Shown here piece after piece: positions 28,710-36,563 of a stretch of 63,440 nt of DNA. A program made the position numbers and the translations under genes. The stretch lies in the IMG/VR virus record IMGVR_UViG_3300047509_000062, positions 1 to 63,440 of that record; one strand, given 5' to 3'. Source of the stretch: a virus. Taxonomy: Duplodnaviria > Caudoviricetes. Numbering within the stretch: the first letter of the stretch is position 1; every line of letters begins with the position of its first letter. Under the pieces are notes generated by a model. It searched no databases, was not told where the DNA came from, and worked only from the letters and a program-made list of their open reading frames with translations.

Positions 28710-28898
28710 TCACTGACACAAACACCCCTCAAGCCATTTCAGAACGTCCGCTTTTGAGTATTTGATTCGACCCCCTATGCGATACCACTTCGGCCCGTCG
28801 CCGCGATGCTTGCGCTGGCGGTCGAGATAGTCGTGAGATTTTCCAATGATGTGCGCCACTTGCTTCACGGATAACCATTCGGTTTCCTGTACGCTCAT
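28710..28898 (-). CDS. Excisionase/AlpA-like HTH DNA-binding protein
   Basis: WLSVKQVAHIIGKS..YL...R....GPKWYRIGGRIKYSKADVLKWLE. Confidence 0.8.
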   Translation of the reverse strand: MSVQETEWLSVKQVAHIIGKSHDYLDRQRKHRGDGPKWYRIGGRIKYSKADVLKWLEGCLCQ

Positions 28899-29077
28899 TG
28901 CTACCCCGTGCGTATGTATGCCGATGGACGCGCGAGTTTGCGTCACATCCAACCTATAGCACGGTTTTTCGAAAAATCCATAGGGTTAGCGGACCTGGGC
29001 CGGTTGCCAACCTAAGCAAGGCTGGCGGCTGAAACGAGGAGTCGCCTGGGTGTGTGCAATCAACCAAGGAGACGACA

Positions 29078-29125
29078 ATGAACATTCGATATCGCCGGAA
29101 GGGTCGCAAGGGCCGCAAGCACTAA
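29078..29125 (+). CDS. Basic micropeptide MNIRYRRKGRKGRKH
   Basis: AAGGAG RBS then a 15-aa ORF; below the size cutoff of the supplied ORF track. Confidence 0.6.
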   Translation: MNIRYRRKGRKGRKH

Positions 29126-29165
29126 GCGGCGCTCGTTCCCCACATTGTCCGAAAAGGACACCGAC

Positions 29166-29204
29166 ATGAAACGTAAGAAAGGCCGTAAAGGCCGAAAGAA
29201 GTAA
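29166..29204 (+). CDS. Basic micropeptide MKRKKGRKGRKK
   Basis: AAAGGA RBS then a 12-aa ORF paralogous to the previous one. Confidence 0.6.
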   Translation: MKRKKGRKGRKK

Positions 29205-29211
29205 GCTGGAC

Positions 29212-29607
29212 TTGATGCCTGACGCCACTCAGCCTTCGCCTACCCCACAGCAAGGACAGCCCCAACCCGGCACGGGTCAGCCGCCATTCGGCTCCTCCCC
29301 AGCGACGGGTCCAACGCAGAACTCGGGTTATCAAGCCCAAGGGATTGCGGGGCTGGCGATGGTCGTCAGCATTCTGGAAAAGCTTGTGCCTCTACTCGGG
29401 GCTAGTACGGAACCCGGACAGGATGCCTTGGACAGTCTGAAACGGCTTGCCAAGCACATCCCGCCCGGTTCCGTCAATCAGGCGGCACAGAACAATCAGT
29501 TGCAGAATCTCATGCTGAAGCGCGCGCAGATGCAGGGCATGGCGCAGAAACCTCAGCAACCTCCACAGCCCCAAGCACAGCCAATGCCTCAACAGGCGGC
29601 GGCGTAG
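29212..29607 (+). CDS. Pro/Gln-rich head-module protein
   Basis: ORF between portal and scaffold. Confidence 0.7.
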   Translation: MMPDATQPSPTPQQGQPQPGTGQPPFGSSPATGPTQNSGYQAQGIAGLAMVVSILEKLVPLLGASTEPGQDALDSLKRLAKHIPPGSVNQAAQNNQLQNLMLKRAQMQGMAQKPQQPPQPQAQPMPQQAAA

Positions 29608-29616
29608 GAGAATCAG

Positions 29617-29793
29617 ATGGCCCAGAATATCTTTCAGAGTGCCATAAAGTCCGTTCCAAAGAGCGATGCAAAAATTGTCCGCGTTGACATGGAACAGCAG
29701 GACATCGGAGGGCGGAAATCGCATCTCCCGGCGCAGTCGAAGTCCGAATATATGGGAATCGATCACGTCCCGAACGCCGACTCGAAGTCCTAA
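29617..29793 (+). CDS. Small head-module protein (MAQNIFQ...)
   Basis: AGGAG RBS; 58-aa ORF that fills the gap. Confidence 0.6.
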   Translation: MAQNIFQSAIKSVPKSDAKIVRVDMEQQDIGGRKSHLPAQSKSEYMGIDHVPNADSKS

Positions 29794-29796
29794 GAG

Positions 29797-30390
29797 ATGC
29801 CAAAGATCGAAGTTGACGAGGCAGAGTACGTCGCCCAACAGCAGGTGACGAAGCTCTTTGCCGACACGCTCGGCAACAAGGAAGCTCGCGAGTTGCTTCT
29901 GAAGGCGAAGAAGATTGTTCGCCCGAACGAAGCTATCCCGGAAATCGATGCTGCGAAGCCGCTGCAGGACGAACTCGGCAAAATCCGCGAGGAGATGAAG
30001 GCCGATCGCGAAGCGCGCGCCGCCGAAAAGGCAGAGCGCGAGGCTTCCGAAAAGGCCAACAAATTCCAGTCCGAATGGGACAAACAGAAAACCTCGCTCG
30101 CCGACGAAGGCTGGAGCAACGAGGGCATCGCCAACATCGAGACGCTGGCGAAAGAGCGCGGCATCCCGGACATGGAAGCAGCGGCGGCCCTCTACAGGAA
30201 ACTCCATCCCGATCCAGAAGTCGTACATCCGTCCGGCATTGGCCGCTTCGATATGTTCGAAGTGCCGAAGGAGGGCGAGAACGACTTCATGAAGAAGCTG
30301 CTCGAATCACAGGGCCAGAACGACTCCATCGTGGACGCCGAAGCCCGCAAGGCCATCGCCGATGTACGCGGCGCCATGCCGAGACGGTAA
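29797..30390 (+). CDS. Putative scaffolding protein
   Basis: Charged helical protein directly before the capsid gene. Confidence 0.7.
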   Translation: MPKIEVDEAEYVAQQQVTKLFADTLGNKEARELLLKAKKIVRPNEAIPEIDAAKPLQDELGKIREEMKADREARAAEKAEREASEKANKFQSEWDKQKTSLADEGWSNEGIANIETLAKERGIPDMEAAAALYRKLHPDPEVVHPSGIGRFDMFEVPKEGENDFMKKLLESQGQNDSIVDAEARKAIADVRGAMPRR

Positions 30391-30407
30391 TCTAGGAGCA
30401 TATTGAA

Positions 30408-31457
30408 ATGCCCGTATCCGGCACTGGTGTCGTCCCAACAGGCTCACTTTACACGGAACTGACGGCTGCTACACGTCGCGCTTTCGTCTCAAGATTATTT
30501 GTGCAAATTTACTTCGCATCGCCCTCATTGTTCTATCTGATGGGCAATGCGCAGCGCGCGGCTGGCGGTGTGAATCAGGTGACTATCCCGATGCAGGGAC
30601 AGTCGATGGTTCAGGGCCAGTTTACCGGCTACGGGGGCGGATTTAATTCACCTGTCATCACGCCGGGGATTCAAAACGGCCAATGGAATCTGGCGTATTG
30701 GGTTGTGCCGATCCCGCTTCCATTCGGCGAGACGATTCTACAGGCGACGGAACGGGAAATCTCGATCCTGAAAGCCCGCATGAACGACGCCTATGCGACA
30801 ACGCGGCAGAATGTAGCGCGGTTGCTATTCACGAACAATTCCGCGAACGCTCTGTTCCCTGACAGCTTCCAGTCCGCATTCGACAACGGCACCAACTTCC
30901 CAACCTATGGCGGCATCAGCCGTCTGGCGGCAGGAAACTCCGCGTTCCAAGGGCAGTATATCAACGCGGGCACTGGAACATGGAACACGAATTATTCCAC
31001 GGCGACTATCGGGTGGAAGCGCAACTCGATGGCGACGTTGCTCAACTATATCACGGACAAGGCAGGCGGCGAAGCGCCTACGTTCGTGGTTATGAACCCA
31101 GCAGACTTCGCAACGCTCAACGTCGATTTTGTCGGGAATGAAAACCAGTACGTCCAGCCGGGTCGCAACTACACGATGGATACGCAGGTGCGGTCCAGCT
31201 TCCCGAACCTGAACGTGTCCGGCATCCCGATATTCCAGGATCACTTCTGCCCTGCCGGAAGTCTGTTCGCGCCTAACATCAAATACACGTCGCTGTATAT
31301 GAGCGAGGATGCAGCGTTCGATTTCTCCGGTTTCTACAGCCTCGTGCCGCTCGGTCAGATCGGGCAGCAAGGCGTCGTGGTTCTCGGTTACGACCTCATC
31401 AGCGCGAAATCATCGTCCGGAGCATGGGTGTACGGCTTCGGCGGCAACGCATTCTAG
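30408..31457 (+). CDS. Major capsid protein
   Basis: 349 aa, position, RBS, YGGISR and VSGIPIFQDHFCPAG features. Confidence 0.8.
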   Translation: MPVSGTGVVPTGSLYTELTAATRRAFVSRLFVQIYFASPSLFYLMGNAQRAAGGVNQVTIPMQGQSMVQGQFTGYGGGFNSPVITPGIQNGQWNLAYWVVPIPLPFGETILQATEREISILKARMNDAYATTRQNVARLLFTNNSANALFPDSFQSAFDNGTNFPTYGGISRLAAGNSAFQGQYINAGTGTWNTNYSTATIGWKRNSMATLLNYITDKAGGEAPTFVVMNPADFATLNVDFVGNENQYVQPGRNYTMDTQVRSSFPNLNVSGIPIFQDHFCPAGSLFAPNIKYTSLYMSEDAAFDFSGFYSLVPLGQIGQQGVVVLGYDLISAKSSSGAWVYGFGGNAF

Positions 31458-31469
31458 GAGCAACACGAT

Positions 31470-32579
31470 ATGCCAGGTCCGTTGAGTGGTCCGGGGATTG
31501 GCCTGCAAACCCCGCAGAACCTCTATCCTTCCCAGCTCTATAATGCGCCAGCCGACGATCCGTCGAACCTTATCACGCTCACAGGCGGCGATGCAGTCGT
31601 GCTTCCAGCAGGCAACTGGTTTGTCGAAGCTGGCAGCATAGCTGTTCTTCAGTATTATGACCCGATTACAAACACCTGGTCTGGCTTTGAATCGGGCCGA
31701 AGCCCTCACATGTACGTCAAAAGTGATGGCTTTAATGTCCGCCTTGCCAATCTGACCGGGTGCCCTGTTGCCTCAATCGTGGTGGCGGGTGGATCGTCCT
31801 ATGTGCAGGCGACTACGACCGTCACGCCTTCGTCCGGCAATTCCACATGGCAGCCGATCGTGGGCGGGATGCTCTCGGTCGTGTCCATGTCGGCAAACGG
31901 CGGCAACTACGGTGTAGCACCTCTGGTATTCATTCCGCCGCCTCCGTCTCCGGGCGTCCCTGCTACGGCCATTGCTACACTATCGAGCGGGACGATCTCA
32001 GGCGTCACCCTGACCAATGTAGGAGCTGGCTACACGTCAGTCCCTACCCCGGTCATTGTGCCTCACCCGTTCGACCCGAACCTGAACGCAGGCATCACGC
32101 AGGCGACCGTGGTCATGGCGCTCAACGCCAGCACGACCTTGGCGGGCGCGATCTCTGCGGTCCTGTGTACGAACCCAGGTGTTCCCACAGCCACGCTCCC
32201 AACCCTTACCATCGCAGGGGCTGGAACTTCAGCCTCTGTGGTCTGCGTGACGCTCTCGACGGTCCTGACGGCTACGGTTTCGGCAGGTGCAGGATACACC
32301 AATCCGTCCGACCTGATCGTATTCGGCGGGCAGCCGGCAGGAACGCCGGCTTACACCAACCCGGCAATCCAGATGACCGGATATCGTCCGCGGAATGCGT
32401 CCATTGGCATAACTGCCGGTGCCACAACCACGACAGTTGGTGCGGTGTACGACAGCGGCTTGTTCGCTGGAACCGGAAACGGCGTCATTCTTGGACTCGC
32501 AACCCCTACCACAGTTGCTGGCGTCACCATCACGCAGGGCACTACGACGGCAACGGTAAAAATTCAGCCGGCGCCCTAA
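31470..32579 (+). CDS. Ser/Thr/Gly-rich virion (capsid decoration) protein
   Basis: Follows the MCP; beta-rich with GxGYT modules. Confidence 0.65.
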   Translation: MPGPLSGPGIGLQTPQNLYPSQLYNAPADDPSNLITLTGGDAVVLPAGNWFVEAGSIAVLQYYDPITNTWSGFESGRSPHMYVKSDGFNVRLANLTGCPVASIVVAGGSSYVQATTTVTPSSGNSTWQPIVGGMLSVVSMSANGGNYGVAPLVFIPPPPSPGVPATAIATLSSGTISGVTLTNVGAGYTSVPTPVIVPHPFDPNLNAGITQATVVMALNASTTLAGAISAVLCTNPGVPTATLPTLTIAGAGTSASVVCVTLSTVLTATVSAGAGYTNPSDLIVFGGQPAGTPAYTNPAIQMTGYRPRNASIGITAGATTTTVGAVYDSGLFAGTGNGVILGLATPTTVAGVTITQGTTTATVKIQPAP

Positions 32580-32655
32580 TAGCCGGATGATGGCGGAGTT
32601 TTCATCGGCAGGAGTGTATCGCTTGCCGCTCCTGTAAAAAGCAGGAACGGTAAAG

Positions 32656-33378
32656 TTGCTCGCAAAATACCTCACGCAGACCGAACAACTACTGCAACTC
32701 CCGCAGGCGCCGACCACGCTTTACGGCACGGTCGCGCTTACCTCGTGGATCAACACGGCTCGGGGCCAACTCGCCGGGGAAAGCGAGTGCATCCGAGCAC
32801 TCGGGCTTCTGACGCTTGCGGCGAACACCCAGAGCTATCCATTCACGAGCATTTCAATCTCGACGGTTGGGGTGCAGGGCGTCCTCAACGTCCGCATGGC
32901 AACGATTCCGGTGACGAATGGAATAGCCCGTCTCGATACATGGCCGTGGGAGTATTTCAACACCTACTATATCCCACAAATATTAGCTCCGACAGGCACA
33001 CCTACCATCTGGTCTCAATACTCTCAGGGTGTAAACGGAACGGTTTTTTTCAGCCCGATCCCTGCCAGCGTCTCAACGGTAACATTCGACACGGTTTGCT
33101 ATCCGATTGACCTTGTGGACGATTCCACTACCGAGGCGATCCCGTTCCCGTGGACGGATGCTATTTGCTACTATGCGGCATATCTGGCGTTTCTCTCGGC
33201 GCAGAGCGCGAACAGACAGGCCGATGCGCTGCGAATGTACGAACTCTATAAGGAATTCGTGAAGCGTGCTCGACTGATGTCAACGGCGAGCGTTCTTCCA
33301 TACCAGTACGAGCAATCGGGCGATATTGTTTCTCCTGCATCGGCTACCAAGCCTCAGCAGCAAGCGGCTGGTGCGTGA
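32656..33378 (+). CDS. Head-tail adaptor/ring protein, paralogue 1
   Basis: INTARGQLAGESEC, WPWEYF, IPFPWTDAICYYAAYLA; TTG start. Confidence 0.7.
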   Translation: MLAKYLTQTEQLLQLPQAPTTLYGTVALTSWINTARGQLAGESECIRALGLLTLAANTQSYPFTSISISTVGVQGVLNVRMATIPVTNGIARLDTWPWEYFNTYYIPQILAPTGTPTIWSQYSQGVNGTVFFSPIPASVSTVTFDTVCYPIDLVDDSTTEAIPFPWTDAICYYAAYLAFLSAQSANRQADALRMYELYKEFVKRARLMSTASVLPYQYEQSGDIVSPASATKPQQQAAGA

Positions 33379-34097
33379 TGCTCTATTCATACCAGAAAGA
33401 CTGCCAGCAAATCCTTGCCGATCTCAAGCAGCAGATCGTAAATCCTGGTATTCTCACGTCATTCATCAATAAGGCGCGTGGTCAGATTGCGGCGGAGGGC
33501 CAATGCGTGCGCGTCATGGGTACGCTCATAACTCTCGGCAACGTCCAGACTTATCCATTTTCGAATATCACGGTCTCATCCGTAAGCGGCGTGTCATCGG
33601 TTCTCAATGTCCGCATGATTTCCGCGTCTAACGGTAGCGGCGGTCAATCGTTCCTGAATTTCTGGCCGTGGGAATGGTTCAACAGGTATTTTCTCTGCGC
33701 TACCACGATTCCGGTTGGCACCCCTATTCAATGGACGCAGTACGCTCAGGGCCAACTTGGGAGCCTGTATCTCAATCCAATTCCCATGAGCAACACGACG
33801 CTATCTCTCGACACCGCATGTCTGCCTATTGCGTTGGTGGATGACACGACCGTTGAGGCCATTCCCTATCCGTGGACAGATGCAGTGCCGTTCTACGCGC
33901 TGTATTTCAGCTATATGTCCACGCAGCGGCAGGAAGAAGCGGCGTTCATGTACCAGCGCTATCAGGAATTTGCGGCTCGAGCCCGCATGTTCTCGACGCC
34001 GGGCGTTCTGCCCTATCAGCATCCTCAGTACCCAACGCCTCCGTCTCCAGTTCCTCCACCGGCTCAACCGCAAGCGGCATTCACGGGTCGGCAATGA
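33378..34097 (+). CDS. Head-tail adaptor/ring protein, paralogue 2
   Basis: INKARGQIAAEGQC, WPWEWF, IPYPWTDAVPFYALY. Confidence 0.7.
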   Translation: MLYSYQKDCQQILADLKQQIVNPGILTSFINKARGQIAAEGQCVRVMGTLITLGNVQTYPFSNITVSSVSGVSSVLNVRMISASNGSGGQSFLNFWPWEWFNRYFLCATTIPVGTPIQWTQYAQGQLGSLYLNPIPMSNTTLSLDTACLPIALVDDTTVEAIPYPWTDAVPFYALYFSYMSTQRQEEAAFMYQRYQEFAARARMFSTPGVLPYQHPQYPTPPSPVPPPAQPQAAFTGRQ

Positions 34098-34819
34098 CGA
34101 ACCTGTTTGATTACATGCAGAACGTCGAACGCCTTGTTGGAGACATGCGGCAGCAACTCGTCAACACAGGCGATATTCAGGTCTATATCAACACCGCTCG
34201 CAAGCAGGTGGCCGGCGAGGGTGAATGCGTGCGGGTGCTTGGCACTCTCGCACTCACTCAGGGCGTGAATAGCTATCCGTTCTCGGCTATCAATGTGTCG
34301 GGTACTGCCGGTGTGCAAGGGCCATACAATGCCCGCATGGTTTTGATTGCGGTAGCCAGCGGGCAGACGCTAATCAAAAACGACCCGTGGGAATGGTTTG
34401 TTCTCTACCATCTTAACAATCCGGTCCCGACACAATCAATCCCTACGTCATGGTCTCAATTCGGGCAGGGTGTAAACGGGTCTCTCTACTTCTCCAATAT
34501 TCCTGATACCAATTACACGGCAACGGTGGATACGTCCTGTATGCCGGTCAATCTGACAGACGATACGACTGCCGAAGCGATACCGTACCCTTGGACGGAC
34601 GCAGTGCCATATTTTGCCGCGTATCTGGCCTATCTGGAAAACCAGCGTGGCGACGATGCGCAGAGAATGTACGCTCTCTATGAGATGTTCACGACTAGAG
34701 CGCGCAAAATGTCCACGTCTGCCGTTCTGCCTCATCATTTCGAGCAGCAGCCGAACGTCACGCGGCCCAATCAGCTTGGTCAGATAAGCCGCAAACCTCC
34801 TGCGCAGGCGGTAGGTTGA
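34094..34819 (+). CDS. Head-tail adaptor/ring protein, paralogue 3
   Basis: INTARKQVAGEGEC, DPWEWF, IPYPWTDAVPYFAAYLA. Confidence 0.7.
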   Translation: MTNLFDYMQNVERLVGDMRQQLVNTGDIQVYINTARKQVAGEGECVRVLGTLALTQGVNSYPFSAINVSGTAGVQGPYNARMVLIAVASGQTLIKNDPWEWFVLYHLNNPVPTQSIPTSWSQFGQGVNGSLYFSNIPDTNYTATVDTSCMPVNLTDDTTAEAIPYPWTDAVPYFAAYLAYLENQRGDDAQRMYALYEMFTTRARKMSTSAVLPHHFEQQPNVTRPNQLGQISRKPPAQAVG

Positions 34820-34820
34820 G

Positions 34821-35813
34821 ATGTTGAACGAATATCTCCAAATGACGCAGCGACTTCTCCGCGACAAAAAACAGGAGCTGTTGGACCCTGCGTCGTTGAT
34901 GGTCTATATCAATCGCGCTCGACGCGAGATCGCGCAGCGCACTCAATGCGTGCGGTCTCTCACGCCGATTTCAGGGCAGATCGTTACCGTCTCCGTGACC
35001 AATCCGGGTAGTGGATATACGGCACCGACCGTCGTCATCACGCCGCCGGATTTTCCAAGCGGAACGCTGCCGTATCCTAACGGAAAGCAGGCGACGGCGA
35101 TTGCGACAGTGAGTGCTGGAACAATCTCAGCCATCAACATTCAATTCGGTGGATATGGCTACTATCAACCGCAGATCACGATAACGGATTCGACTGGCAC
35201 GGGCGCAACAGCTACTCCGAATATGTCGTTCATCAACCAGCTTTTGCAGGGGCAGGAGGTCTATCCGTTCAGCCTCGTGAATTTGAGCGCCAATCCGGGT
35301 ATGCTCGCGGTTTACAAGGTGATTAGTGTGAGCATACTGTTTAGTAATTATCGTTATTCATTGCCGATGTACAGTTTCTCAGTTTATCAGGCACGCATAA
35401 GACAATTTGCGCAAGGCACTTATCAATGGATTCCGACGTTTGGTACTCAGTATGGGGTTGGGACTTCTGGATCGTTCGCGATGTATCCTCTCCCAAATGC
35501 CGCTTACCAAATGGAATGGGACTGTTTATGTGTGCCCGCCAATCTCAAAACCGATACTGATACGGAAGTAATACCATCGCCGTGGACTGACACTGTGCCA
35601 TTCTATGCGTGTTTTTTGGCGATGTTGGAGCTACAGAACCATAATTCTGCCCGGTCATTCTTGGAGATATTTGAGAAGGAGTTACACGTTAGTTCTGCCG
35701 GAGCGATGCCTTCTAGGGCTTCAAATCCTTACGGCAGATGGGCTATCCCACTACTAGCTGGGATGGGGCTTGTTCAGATGTTGATGCACTGCTCTTATGG
35801 TGTCGTGATATGA
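34821..35813 (+). CDS. Head-tail adaptor/ring protein, paralogue 4, with an inserted beta domain
   Basis: INRARREIAQRTQC, IPSPWTDTVPFYACFLA; GSGYT insertion. Confidence 0.7.
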   Translation: MLNEYLQMTQRLLRDKKQELLDPASLMVYINRARREIAQRTQCVRSLTPISGQIVTVSVTNPGSGYTAPTVVITPPDFPSGTLPYPNGKQATAIATVSAGTISAINIQFGGYGYYQPQITITDSTGTGATATPNMSFINQLLQGQEVYPFSLVNLSANPGMLAVYKVISVSILFSNYRYSLPMYSFSVYQARIRQFAQGTYQWIPTFGTQYGVGTSGSFAMYPLPNAAYQMEWDCLCVPANLKTDTDTEVIPSPWTDTVPFYACFLAMLELQNHNSARSFLEIFEKELHVSSAGAMPSRASNPYGRWAIPLLAGMGLVQMLMHCSYGVVI

Positions 35814-36534
35814 CCCTATGCTTCAACAGCAATGAGGCAATGAGATACATATCGTCATCTGTGCCGGTGTTTTTCATTGCATTTACCGCCCATAGGACAA
35901 AACGGCAGTTGGATTGCACATATCCGAGCATGGGCTCAATCTTATCGATGCTTGGAGAAAACATGCTAGGGCCACTTCGGTATTCTGTCTTAAACGAAAT
36001 GCCGGTAAGTGAGCATCGTCCTGTCCATACTGACTTGGCCCATGCCGCTGTCAGATCAAATGTGATACCGTCTTTCTTAGAGCGGGCCTTGGCTCCAGCC
36101 AAAAGGGCGTGCCATGGATAACGCTTTCTTCGCATCTGTGCATTCCTTCTTATATCGGTACAGCGGTCGGACCTGTGTCTCTCGTGGCGCACCCTGTCTC
36201 TATCCTTGTAACTATCTATGTGTTTCAGTCTCATCCTTTTGGCTTTCGCCAAACATTCCGTCCGGTGTGTCTGGTAATGATGCCGACTCGCGCACTTCCG
36301 AGAACACGACTTGGCTTGAACAGCTCGTGGAAAGAACGTCTCCCCACAGAAACAGCACTCTCTTTCAATCAGTTGCCATGTTTTTGGTATGTGCTGGCGT
36401 CCTGCGTTGTTATTTTCCCAATAGGCCGTGGAGCATTTTGGGGAGCATAACACATTGCCTTTGCGGCATGGCTGAAACGTGCCTCCGCAATACAAACATG
36501 GAGACGGCAACGGCTTTATTCTCGCCTTATACAT
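35743..36534 (-). CDS. Free-standing HNH-like homing endonuclease with zinc-finger repeats
   Basis: Two CxxCG.TF...CS.KC repeats; GRCSLTG...SPSIDKIEP..GY..SNCRFV..AVN..K; antisense inside the tail operon. Confidence 0.75.
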   Translation of the reverse strand: MYKARIKPLPSPCLYCGGTFQPCRKGNVLCSPKCSTAYWENNNAGRQHIPKTWQLIERECCFCGETFFPRAVQAKSCSRKCASRHHYQTHRTECLAKAKRMRLKHIDSYKDRDRVRHERHRSDRCTDIRRNAQMRRKRYPWHALLAGAKARSKKDGITFDLTAAWAKSVWTGRCSLTGISFKTEYRSGPSMFSPSIDKIEPMLGYVQSNCRFVLWAVNAMKNTGTDDDMYLIASLLLKHRVISRHHKSSASTSEQAPSQLVVG

Positions 36535-36563
36535 CGCGGCATTTAGCCAATCATAGTGCCTAG

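Noticed and set aside
35743-36534. Group I intron carrying the endonuclease
   Set aside because: The ORF is antisense, the flanking genes are not split and there is no room for a ribozyme core.
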